Source: a virus. From it: DNA of 64,000 nucleotides. A program made the translations under genes and the position numbers. Each line of letters opens with the position of its first letter. Position 1 is the first letter of the stretch. Below, one piece after another: positions 1 through 8,405 of this stretch. The stretch lies in the IMG/VR virus record IMGVR_UViG_3300025151_000019, positions 1 to 64,000 of that record; one strand, written 5' to 3'. The notes beneath the pieces were generated by a model. It searched no databases, was not told where the DNA came from, and saw only the letters and a program-made list of their open reading frames with translations.

Positions 1-4
1 AAAA

Positions 5-679
5 ATGAATAAATCTTGGAGTGATATTTTAAAAAATATCCAAATTTCTGGACAGAGAACATCAAGTAGAGATTATGTAAAACCAGAAAAAGACGACGAC
101 GAATGTTGTGAATTGTTAGTGAAGGTAGTGGATGAGGCAACAAATTGGGAGGAAAATAATCGTTTTGGGGGAGGAATGGTAGGTGTCCCTACATTTTTAG
201 ACCCTATGGGTTATGTTCCTGATGATGATTTTCTTGAGATGATTTATGATTGGAAGGACAATATTACGGGAAAGCGAGATTTTTACAATGATATAATTAG
301 ACAGTTGAATGAGAAAGGAAATCCTGTAAGCGAATGGGAAAGACTAAAACAAATGTGGAAAGAAACGAGCAAATATGGTTTATCTCATAAGGCTCCTTGT
401 AAAGAAATAGTAGATGTTTTAGATAAATGGTCAGACAGAAATTTTGTTGGCTGGCAATTTTATGAAGAATGGGTTCATACATACCTATCAGATGAACCCG
501 AAAAAGCAAAAGAAAGAACTCAAAGAGAGTATGACGACTACATGGACTCATACAGAAAAGTTTGGATTGCTCTTCTACAAAACGACTGTGCCGATATTCT
601 AATCCAAAAGCCGTGGATGAATTACTCAATGAATAAAAGTTGGGAGGGTGTTCTTGAGTGCCGAACAAAAACAAAGTAA
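5..679 (+). CDS. Hypothetical head-region protein with N-terminal MNKSWSDILK motif and a second degenerate copy (MNKSWEGVLE) at the C-terminus
   Basis: 224-aa ORF with a CC...PC cysteine pattern also seen in ORF 1047..1475. Confidence 0.75.
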   Translation: MNKSWSDILKNIQISGQRTSSRDYVKPEKDDDECCELLVKVVDEATNWEENNRFGGGMVGVPTFLDPMGYVPDDDFLEMIYDWKDNITGKRDFYNDIIRQLNEKGNPVSEWERLKQMWKETSKYGLSHKAPCKEIVDVLDKWSDRNFVGWQFYEEWVHTYLSDEPEKAKERTQREYDDYMDSYRKVWIALLQNDCADILIQKPWMNYSMNKSWEGVLECRTKTK

Positions 680-789
680 GAAAACCCATTAAACGCAAAT
701 CTGGAGAACCGAGTCAGAAAAGCGAAAAACGCAGACCCAACAAACCAAATCACAAAAGAAGAAATAGTAATTCTTATAAAGAAGTTTAA
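658..789 (+). CDS. Small, highly basic protein (43 aa), not in ORF track
   Basis: GTG at 658 after GGGAGGGTG; manual translation MPNKNKVRKPIKRKSGEPSQKSEKRRPNKPNHKRRNSNSYKEV (16 K/R); fills a gap in a densely packed operon. Confidence 0.5.
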   Translation: MPNKNKVRKPIKRKSGEPSQKSEKRRPNKPNHKRRNSNSYKEV

Positions 790-810
790 TCGTCAAAGAT
801 ATGAGGGAAC

Positions 811-936
811 ATGATGTGCGAAATAATTAAAGAAGGTTCATCTACTGAAACTTGTCTATTAAGATGCACCAAAATTTCGGATATGTGTTATGCTTGTAGA
901 ATTCAGGAGGCAAGTCTTTGGACAAAACCCTATTAG
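811..936 (+). CDS. Cys-rich micro-protein (41 aa), not in ORF track
   Basis: Manual translation MMCEIIKEGSSTETCLLRCTKISDMCYACRIQEASLWTKPY; GAGGGA upstream. Confidence 0.45.
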   Translation: MMCEIIKEGSSTETCLLRCTKISDMCYACRIQEASLWTKPY

Positions 937-944
937 GTGATAAT

Positions 945-1046
945 ATGACGAGATGTAAATTACTTGATACATGGTTTGACCACGAATCTAAGAGATTAGA
1001 TAAGGAAGAGAAGAAGCAGAATAAAGATTTAATTACAGGTGAGTAA
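945..1046 (+). CDS. Micro-protein (33 aa), not in ORF track
   Basis: AGGTGA SD, then MTRCKLLDTWFDHESKRLDKEEKKQNKDLITGE; TAA abuts the next ATG at 1047. Confidence 0.6.
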   Translation: MTRCKLLDTWFDHESKRLDKEEKKQNKDLITGE

Positions 1047-1475
1047 ATGAAATTTGCATATTCTATGGAAGACGACGAAAATAGGTTTGAGCAATATTAT
1101 GACGAACCTAACACCGTTGCCTATGGTGATTGTTGTGCGGAAGCGAAGGATAGATTTATGCAAGTTGTTAAGGAACAATTAGCAGGTGCTTCAACAGATG
1201 TTGGACAAAGAGTTATTAATACCCTTAATGTTTATCAAATTCCATGTAAAGATTTTGCTGAACTATTAGAAAAGTTAAAGGATATTAGAGGTAGCGGTGA
1301 TGTTGTTGTTGCTGTTAATAATGTGTCCAGTAGATATTTTAGATTAGATAAACTTCCAACAAGTATGCTTCCAGCGATGGCTGAAGTAATTAAAAGGGCT
1401 TCAGTTGAATCCCTTACAGTTCTAAAAGAATGTAGGAGTATGAAAAAGAGTTGGGAAATTCTAAGGAGAAGATAA
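1047..1475 (+). CDS. Hypothetical protein with C-terminal MKKSWEILR motif
   Basis: 142-aa ORF, AGGTGAG SD. Confidence 0.75.
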   Translation: MKFAYSMEDDENRFEQYYDEPNTVAYGDCCAEAKDRFMQVVKEQLAGASTDVGQRVINTLNVYQIPCKDFAELLEKLKDIRGSGDVVVAVNNVSSRYFRLDKLPTSMLPAMAEVIKRASVESLTVLKECRSMKKSWEILRRR

Positions 1476-1476
1476 A

Positions 1477-1623
1477 ATGACTTGGCAAGACTATTTGAAA
1501 ACTATTTCAAAAGAAGATATTAGTGATTGGAAAGGTGCATTAAAGGCATTTATTAAAGAAGGTAGAAACTTGGGTATGCCTTTGGAAGTTATTAAATCCC
1601 TTGAAAAAATTGATGAGGAATAA
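1477..1623 (+). CDS. Micro-protein (48 aa) starting MTWQDYLK, not in ORF track
   Basis: Manual translation MTWQDYLKTISKEDISDWKGALKAFIKEGRNLGMPLEVIKSLEKIDEE; AGGAG upstream; fills the gap between flanking genes almost exactly. Confidence 0.7.
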   Translation: MTWQDYLKTISKEDISDWKGALKAFIKEGRNLGMPLEVIKSLEKIDEE

Positions 1624-1625
1624 AT

Positions 1626-2813
1626 ATGTGGGAAGATATTTTAAAAGCAGATGATGATGAATATGAATATGGTCGTCGTTATAGAAAACCTGATGGTTCT
1701 ACCTTTAGAGAAGGAAAGGGCTTTGACCAAGAAGATTATTCAAAGTTTAGAGGTTCAGGCACAGAAGAGATGCCTTCAACAGATTTAGCAAATTGGTTTG
1801 CTACTACTAATGATAGTTTTGAAGGATTAATGGAACAATTATCAGGAGGTATTGAAGGTGAAGGAGAATTACCCGAAGGAGGGCCTGGAGGTGGAATGCC
1901 CTACAAATACAAAGAAGATTCAGGGGCATTTAAAGAATTTAGAAAATCTTCTATGCAATTTGCTAAGGAACTAACTGAAAAAATGATTGAGGAATTTTTA
2001 GACTCTATTTTTCAACTTGGTGAAGATACAGGATTATCCAGCGAAGAGTTAAGCGAAATTATTGATGAAGGTAGTGTCTATAATTTAATGAACTCTAAGG
2101 CTTATCAAGAAGTAACTCAAGCAGGGCTTAAATCCTCTACTGAAATTATTAGTTCTATTTTAGACCAAGCATTTATTACCATTAGAAGAACAGCAGATAG
2201 AGATTCCTACCTTGACGAAGCACCCGAAGAAATGTCTCCTCAAGAGTTATTAGAAGCACTATCACAAATGGAATCAAATAACCTTTGGAAAGATTTATTT
2301 GAGTCAAAAACCAGTAGTCAAATAGATTCAATTATTAAAAATATTACTAACGATATGTTTAGTGATACTAAAATTGACCTTAACTTAGAACAAGAAGGTG
2401 GACAGGTTGAAATGTCTGCTATCAAGGATAACATCGCTCGTGCTGCTATGGAATATGTTAAAAATAATGACCTTATTGCCTTAATTGCTGGTAATGCTTT
2501 GCATCATTTTAATATTATCTATCTTTTAAGATTAGGAAAACTTGGACAAAAAGAAACAGGTGAATTTGAAGAAGAAATGGAAAATGCACCCAGAATTGAT
2601 TTTGAAGATACGGATGAGTTTGATGAAGACTTTAGAGAAGAATTTAAATCGCTTGATGAAGTTGAAAATTCGTGGCAATCAATTTTAAAGGTTGGAGGTC
2701 AAGCGGCAGTAGGAATGACTTCTAACGCAGGATTTACACCAGCCGTTCACAATATTACATATGGCGGTTGCGGTTGCGAAAAGAAAAAAAGCAAGTGCGG
2801 TTGTGATGATTGA
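1626..2813 (+). CDS. Acidic hypothetical protein with MWEDILK start, internal SWQSILK and Cys-rich tail
   Basis: 395-aa ORF ending GGCGCEKKKSKCGCDD. Confidence 0.8.
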   Translation: MWEDILKADDDEYEYGRRYRKPDGSTFREGKGFDQEDYSKFRGSGTEEMPSTDLANWFATTNDSFEGLMEQLSGGIEGEGELPEGGPGGGMPYKYKEDSGAFKEFRKSSMQFAKELTEKMIEEFLDSIFQLGEDTGLSSEELSEIIDEGSVYNLMNSKAYQEVTQAGLKSSTEIISSILDQAFITIRRTADRDSYLDEAPEEMSPQELLEALSQMESNNLWKDLFESKTSSQIDSIIKNITNDMFSDTKIDLNLEQEGGQVEMSAIKDNIARAAMEYVKNNDLIALIAGNALHHFNIIYLLRLGKLGQKETGEFEEEMENAPRIDFEDTDEFDEDFREEFKSLDEVENSWQSILKVGGQAAVGMTSNAGFTPAVHNITYGGCGCEKKKSKCGCDD

Positions 2814-4084
2814 TGAGTAAGTTTGAAGGCACAGACTTTGATAATGTTTCGCAAAGTATTAATGCGAATGCTATCAAGGCTGCCTACAATGCTTGGAAAT
2901 CAAAATGGAGTGAAGGTGATGCTTGGGGTATTGTCGGTGGAACTGCAAAAGACCCCAAACCAAGAACTGTGTTAGAACAAGTTATGGAACACGGTGATGC
3001 TACATATGCCCGTGATGGTGCAAGAAGCATTGAAGGTCTTGGTGATTTAATCGCATCTATTGAAGAAATTTTAGATGGAGATGTTATTGAAACAGAACAT
3101 GTTGAAGCATTAGATATTGCTATTGATGGTATGTTCGCTACATTAAAAAATCCTAAGTGGAATCCAAGAAATATTCCATTTGAAACTATTGTTGAGTTTG
3201 CAGAAACGGATGACCCTAAAAGACCTAATGTTGTTAAGAGAACAATGTATGGACATTACAGAACTAAGGCATATAATGAATATACAGAATGGGCTTTAGA
3301 AAATAAAAAGGGGTTTAAGGGTAAGTTAGCCACAACAGATAAAGAGTGGTATAATGAAAAGAAAGGTAAAGCAAGACCTCCCCTTTGGCAAGCAATTACA
3401 GGTGAAGGAACTACACAAACAGGAAAAGGTGGAATTTTAGCCGTTGCTCGTGATGCTAAAGACGCAGTAAATAAAATTAAAATTGAAGATGATACACAAA
3501 TTGCCGTGTATAATGTCTCAACAGGTCCAGCACAATTAGCACAAATTAAAAGTGTTCAGGAAAAAGTTATTGAAGTTTTACAAAATCCAAACATTTACCC
3601 TGCTGGTAAGCAAAGAGCACCAGTAAAAGATAGACTTAATGCGGCATTTAGCGAAGAGAGTTATGCTATTAGAAATAAAGAAGAAGCGAGATTGTTGAGT
3701 TTTGCTAAAGGGTATGATAGAATTGCAAATATTGAGGAAATTAAATCTGTTAAGTTAAGATTCCCATCAAGCAATAAATCTCTCAATGCAGTTATCCGAA
3801 ATGTTTTGAAAAATTTAGGAGAGGACATTAAACAATATCAAACACCAAAGGCTAAGGATGGAACGGCATCTGCTGGTCTTACATTAAAATCTGAAGAAGT
3901 TGTGAAATATGCATCTTCTTTACAAGAAATGCTTCAGAAAAAAACCAGATGTTTCAAGGCAGGTTGCCCTCATAATCAAGGAGGGGCAGCAGATGTTCCT
4001 GTAAAAACTGCACAAGGTTGTCAATATAAAAATCAAAGAGGGTGTGCAGGTAGTAAATTAGACGCAAGAAGGGGAAATTGGTAA
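2810..4084 (+). CDS. Hypothetical head-region protein with Cys-rich C-terminus
   Basis: 424-aa ORF overlapping both neighbours. Confidence 0.8.
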   Translation: MMSKFEGTDFDNVSQSINANAIKAAYNAWKSKWSEGDAWGIVGGTAKDPKPRTVLEQVMEHGDATYARDGARSIEGLGDLIASIEEILDGDVIETEHVEALDIAIDGMFATLKNPKWNPRNIPFETIVEFAETDDPKRPNVVKRTMYGHYRTKAYNEYTEWALENKKGFKGKLATTDKEWYNEKKGKARPPLWQAITGEGTTQTGKGGILAVARDAKDAVNKIKIEDDTQIAVYNVSTGPAQLAQIKSVQEKVIEVLQNPNIYPAGKQRAPVKDRLNAAFSEESYAIRNKEEARLLSFAKGYDRIANIEEIKSVKLRFPSSNKSLNAVIRNVLKNLGEDIKQYQTPKAKDGTASAGLTLKSEEVVKYASSLQEMLQKKTRCFKAGCPHNQGGAADVPVKTAQGCQYKNQRGCAGSKLDARRGNW

Positions 4085-4746
4085 TGTCAAGAAAGGTTAG
4101 AAAGTCCTGTAAGTTTTGTCAAGACCCAGACCGTGATATTCACGAAGAAGACATTCTCGCAGGTAATCTAACCTGTGATGAATTAGATAACCAAAAAGGC
4201 TGGTGGGCTGGAACCTCAAAAAAACATATGCAGAATCATTTAGGGGAATATCACGAAAGTTCCAATCCCCGTTGTCCTCTATGCACACATCCAAATAGAG
4301 CAGACTTAGAAATAGCCATTCACAATAATGAAATGAAGGTTGCTGAAGTGGCTGAAATTGTTGGTTGTTCCGAAGCCCAAGTTCAATTACACATTCTAAA
4401 ACACCTGAAACCAATTGTCCAACAACACGGAGCATTAGAAATTGCTCGTGCTGATTTAAACGAAGTGGACATTCTTTCTACAAATGTAAATACTTTGCAG
4501 AATAAGGTAAATGAGTTATTAGACAACACGGAGTTATCTACAAAACAAATTGATTCTCTTACAAAGTTGGCTAAAGAAATTAGAGAATCTCTAAAATATA
4601 TGCTTGAGTTTAAGGGACAGTTAGTTCATAAGAGAGAAGAAACAGTAGTTGTTCAGCAAGTGGAAATTATTCAAAAGGTTTTAATTGAAAAATATCCAGA
4701 AGTTTGGACAGAAATTAGAGATTCGGTAGCGGAGAGATTACAATGA
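4084..4746 (+). CDS. Protein with two CxxC...HxxxH repeats and a coiled coil; candidate terminase small subunit
   Basis: CKFC...HMQNH and CPLC...HILKH repeats, HTH-like segment and helical C-terminus; lies upstream of TerL. The TerS call is inference. Confidence 0.45.
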   Translation: MSRKVRKSCKFCQDPDRDIHEEDILAGNLTCDELDNQKGWWAGTSKKHMQNHLGEYHESSNPRCPLCTHPNRADLEIAIHNNEMKVAEVAEIVGCSEAQVQLHILKHLKPIVQQHGALEIARADLNEVDILSTNVNTLQNKVNELLDNTELSTKQIDSLTKLAKEIRESLKYMLEFKGQLVHKREETVVVQQVEIIQKVLIEKYPEVWTEIRDSVAERLQ

Positions 4747-5008
4747 GTTGGAAAAATATATTAAAACAAACTCCAGAAGAAGCAAAGGCAGATGAAGCGA
4801 GGCAATATGTCTTAAATGAAAATTTAAGACCCAAAACAGAATCATTAGGGCAAGCATTAAGAGAGTTTGCGAGAAGATTTCCTGCACATACTCCCCCATC
4901 ATTTGAAGAGGACATTAAAAGATTAGAAAATTTAGCGGCTTTGGGAGAGAGGATTAAGACACAAAGACAGGCTTTGGACCAACAAAAGGAGAGATTACAA
5001 TGAGTTGG
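4731..5008 (+). repeat. 21-bp exact direct repeat GGAGAGATTACAATGAGTTGG at 4731-4751 and 4988-5008
   Basis: Read directly; each copy encodes ...ERLQ* overlapping MSW... of the next gene. Confidence 0.9.
4743..5003 (+). CDS. Small protein with MSWKNILK start
   Basis: 86 aa, ATGA overlap with the upstream gene. Confidence 0.75.
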   Translation: MSWKNILKQTPEEAKADEARQYVLNENLRPKTESLGQALREFARRFPAHTPPSFEEDIKRLENLAALGERIKTQRQALDQQKERLQ

Positions 5009-5203
5009 GAACATATAATTAAAAAGGATTTAACTGATGAACAAAAAAAGGTAATTGATATGTATGCTGAGTCCCAAGATACAATTACTGTCCGAAAGGC
5101 TATGCAAGCAGTATTAAAGACTCTTGGATTTGTTAAGGGTTCAGTTGGCCGAAGAAGCGTTGAAAAATACCTTGAAGAAAATTACCCTGATAAGTTAGAA
5201 TAG
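5000..5203 (+). CDS. Small protein with MSWEHIIK start
   Basis: 67 aa, ATGA overlap. Confidence 0.75.
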   Translation: MSWEHIIKKDLTDEQKKVIDMYAESQDTITVRKAMQAVLKTLGFVKGSVGRRSVEKYLEENYPDKLE

Positions 5204-5211
5204 GTGATAAT

Positions 5212-5457
5212 ATGGCAAAAGACGATGTGCAAGATATTAGATTAGACATTATGGAAAAACAAATTCAAAAACACGATGAATTGATTGAAAGATTAAGTGA
5301 AAATCAGTTAGAGTTAAGTAGCAGATTAACTGAGTTAGCCTCATCAATAGATACTCAAAGCATGGTAATCGGACAGGGCTTTGATTTAATGAAAAAGGTT
5401 ATACTTGGATTAATGGCTATATTGACTACTATTGGTGCTGGAACACAGGTGATGTAA
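5212..5457 (+). CDS. Coiled-coil protein with C-terminal transmembrane helix
   Basis: AGGTGA SD; hydrophobic VILGLMAILTTIGAG. Confidence 0.7.
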   Translation: MAKDDVQDIRLDIMEKQIQKHDELIERLSENQLELSSRLTELASSIDTQSMVIGQGFDLMKKVILGLMAILTTIGAGTQVM

Positions 5458-5458
5458 A

Positions 5459-5884
5459 ATGGTAAAAGACGGACATAAAGATAGCGTAAATGATAGAATG
5501 ATTAAATGGACAGCCCTACCAGCAGTTTATCTATGGTTGGCTGCTTCAGGTGCAGTTGTGGCTATGGGTATTCTAAAGCCTGATGTTGTTCTTACAAATA
5601 TTGAGGGTTTTATTGCTCTTATTGCAATTATTGGTGGAACGGCTCAACCAGCATTTGCTACAATGCTTGAACTTTGGAAACAGGAACAACAAACTGAAAC
5701 AGAACTTCATCCATCGGTTATTGAATCTCAAACAAAGGTCATGGAAGCAAGGGCTGAACTTGATAGAGAATTAGCAAGAGAAGCACAAAAGCATATGCAT
5801 ATGATGGATGCTGAAGAACGCCGAGCAAAAATTGAACTTGTTAAAGAAGGAAAGGCTGTATTTAAAAAAGGTGATAAAAAATGA
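5459..5884 (+). CDS. Two-TM membrane protein (holin-like candidate)
   Basis: Two hydrophobic segments followed by a charged coil; function is inference. Confidence 0.55.
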   Translation: MVKDGHKDSVNDRMIKWTALPAVYLWLAASGAVVAMGILKPDVVLTNIEGFIALIAIIGGTAQPAFATMLELWKQEQQTETELHPSVIESQTKVMEARAELDRELAREAQKHMHMMDAEERRAKIELVKEGKAVFKKGDKK

Positions 5885-6084
5885 AAGAAGAAGAAATTAA
5901 AGAAACAATTGAAGATGTAGAGGATTTAGTAGAGGATGCTCTTGATATTGCTGAAGACTTAGGATTAGTTAGCGGAGAAGATGCTGAGGAAATTCTTGAA
6001 GGTCTTGAGAAGTATAAGAAAAAGATTTTGATTATCTTACCTACTCTTCTCGCTCTTATGATTTTAGTGCAATCTCAATTGTGA
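5881..6084 (+). CDS. Acidic small protein with C-terminal TM anchor
   Basis: KKKILIILPTLLALMILV. Confidence 0.7.
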   Translation: MKEEEIKETIEDVEDLVEDALDIAEDLGLVSGEDAEEILEGLEKYKKKILIILPTLLALMILVQSQL

Positions 6085-6094
6085 GGTGCATTAA

Positions 6095-8404
6095 ATGTTG
6101 ATTCTTAAATCAAAACTTGGTAATATTACCAGTAGGTTTAAGAAAAATAATCTTCCTACTAAGCAGGAAATTGAATCATTAACAGACGCAGAAAAAGAAC
6201 AGGCAGCAAAGTCTTTAGATACAGTTATTACTGATTTGCGTAGTCAATTAGAAAGCGCAAAAGCAGGCAAGCCTGTTCAGGATAAAGTAGTTAGTTCAAT
6301 GCTTAATAGTAGACTTAAGCCTGTATCATTAGAAGAAATTGAAAGAAGAATTGAAGAGTTAGAAAAAATTAATCAAGAATTTGGTTCTTCAGACCCTTTA
6401 CATGGACAAGAAAAATTTGGAATTAAATTTGATATTCCTATTGAGGGTAAGACAAATAAAGAATGGACTATTGAAACCTTAACACAATTATACAATGAGA
6501 TGGGTTCTAATCCATCTGTTGAACTTCTATATGCCCTGCATTATTTTATTGAGGAAAAAACAGGAGGGCAATTTACAGGGACTAAGGGAGGATGGGTTAG
6601 AACTATTGGTAGAGAAATTTCTAAAGACAATCCCGAACCTCTCAAAGAAATTTTTAAACTAAGATTAGACCCTGATGTTACTAACAATGTTGATAGAAAG
6701 GTTTTCAACTATTTTACTAATAAGTATAAATATAGCGTAACGGGTATTCAAGCAATAGAAGAAGAAGTTAATCAAGTTAGAGAAAGAACTGTTTTTAAAC
6801 CTGGGGAAAAACCTACTAAGAAACCTTTTATGGAAAGCAAAAAGGTTAGAAGAAAAACTAAAGGCGAAATGGTTATGGCTGAAAAGGGTTCTTTAGAACT
6901 TCTTTTAGCACCTAATATTGCTGATAAAATTAACCGAATTACCCTTACTGATTTAAGAGGTTTAATTGCAAATCTTAACAAAGCCAATGCAGGCGACGAT
7001 TTTATTTCTGCTTTAGAAGGTCCATCAATTGATATTGTTTATGAAATTATTAACGCAAAAGGAATTGATAATCTTGTTAGAGAAATTCAAGTTAGTAGAA
7101 AGGGAGAATCTACGGTTAAATCTAAAGGTAGATATTTGACATTGTGGGCAGTTAAATATATAGAAGGAAGAAGAAATGAAGACCCCTCCAGAACTATTAC
7201 AATAGGAGATACAGATATTCAATCCGTAAATGAAATGAAGCCCATCCTTTCAAAAACTTTAACTTCAAGGACACCCGAAGAACAAAGAGAAGTGAACAGT
7301 TATTTATCTAATATTAATAAAACTCTTGACTATCTTAGAAGACAAATAAATGAGGACAGACCCGCATTTGTTAAAAATTATAGGCAGTTTATTTCCCAAT
7401 CAAGACAAATTGAATCAAAAGTAGCAGATATTTCAGATGAGGAACTTAGCGGTTTAAGTGGAAAGGAGAGAAGAAATTATATCAAAAATTATCTGGAAAC
7501 ATCTGGATTTTCAAATATTGATAATACAGATTTAAAATACTATGTTGATTTTGATGATTATAAACAACTTGACTATGCTTTATCATCTGAAAACTTGTCT
7601 GGGTTATCAAGATTTCCAAGAAGTATTTTATCTCTTCTTGTATTTTCTTACATTAGTTCCGACGAAAATGATTATGAAACATTAGTAAATAAACTTAATA
7701 CCGTTAGCGGTGAGTTTAGACAATACATTCCTACGGGTAAATTATTTAGTAATAATAGTGAGTCTACTTTTGTAGACTCTATGAGAGCCTTACTAACCAT
7801 CTTCAAAAGATTATTAGGGAGAGAAGAATTGTCTCGCTACAATAACACCTTTGTTGATTTTGCCGACGAACTAAGAAATGCCCTTGATGAGTTATATGAG
7901 GAAATTCTTGAAGAGGCAAAGGAAGAAGGATTAGAAGAAGAAGATAGATTAGAAGTCTTGGAGTATGGTATTAAGGAGGATATTTTTGAAGAAGAAATTG
8001 GCGGCGTTGTTGATAAAGTAAAAGCCGAGTTAGATAATCTAAAGGAGGTCATTAACGATTTGTTGGCTATATTAGCAGAAAATATGATTAGCCTTCTAAT
8101 TACAAACATTTCTGACATTGCCGAAGATACAGAAGATAGATATAAGAGACAGGGGCTTAAAGTTAAGGGGCGGTCAGCAGGCATTAGGGAATATTTAATA
8201 AGCAAGAAATATTTACAAATACCAAGTCCTCCCCGTATTATCACCGAGGGCGACACTAAATATGTGATTTCGGAAGAATCTAAATCTGTCAATAATCTGG
8301 AAGATGAAGTAATTTATTACAAACGAGTTAAGAAGAACAAAAAAATAATTACTGACAAAACTCAAGAATACAAATTTAAATTAAGAGATTTACTGGGTGA
8401 TTAA
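6095..8404 (+). CDS. Large hypothetical protein (769 aa), possible internal virion protein
   Basis: Long ORF, GAGGTG SD, starts MLILK. Confidence 0.75.
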   Translation: MLILKSKLGNITSRFKKNNLPTKQEIESLTDAEKEQAAKSLDTVITDLRSQLESAKAGKPVQDKVVSSMLNSRLKPVSLEEIERRIEELEKINQEFGSSDPLHGQEKFGIKFDIPIEGKTNKEWTIETLTQLYNEMGSNPSVELLYALHYFIEEKTGGQFTGTKGGWVRTIGREISKDNPEPLKEIFKLRLDPDVTNNVDRKVFNYFTNKYKYSVTGIQAIEEEVNQVRERTVFKPGEKPTKKPFMESKKVRRKTKGEMVMAEKGSLELLLAPNIADKINRITLTDLRGLIANLNKANAGDDFISALEGPSIDIVYEIINAKGIDNLVREIQVSRKGESTVKSKGRYLTLWAVKYIEGRRNEDPSRTITIGDTDIQSVNEMKPILSKTLTSRTPEEQREVNSYLSNINKTLDYLRRQINEDRPAFVKNYRQFISQSRQIESKVADISDEELSGLSGKERRNYIKNYLETSGFSNIDNTDLKYYVDFDDYKQLDYALSSENLSGLSRFPRSILSLLVFSYISSDENDYETLVNKLNTVSGEFRQYIPTGKLFSNNSESTFVDSMRALLTIFKRLLGREELSRYNNTFVDFADELRNALDELYEEILEEAKEEGLEEEDRLEVLEYGIKEDIFEEEIGGVVDKVKAELDNLKEVINDLLAILAENMISLLITNISDIAEDTEDRYKRQGLKVKGRSAGIREYLISKKYLQIPSPPRIITEGDTKYVISEESKSVNNLEDEVIYYKRVKKNKKIITDKTQEYKFKLRDLLGD

Positions 8405-8405
8405 A

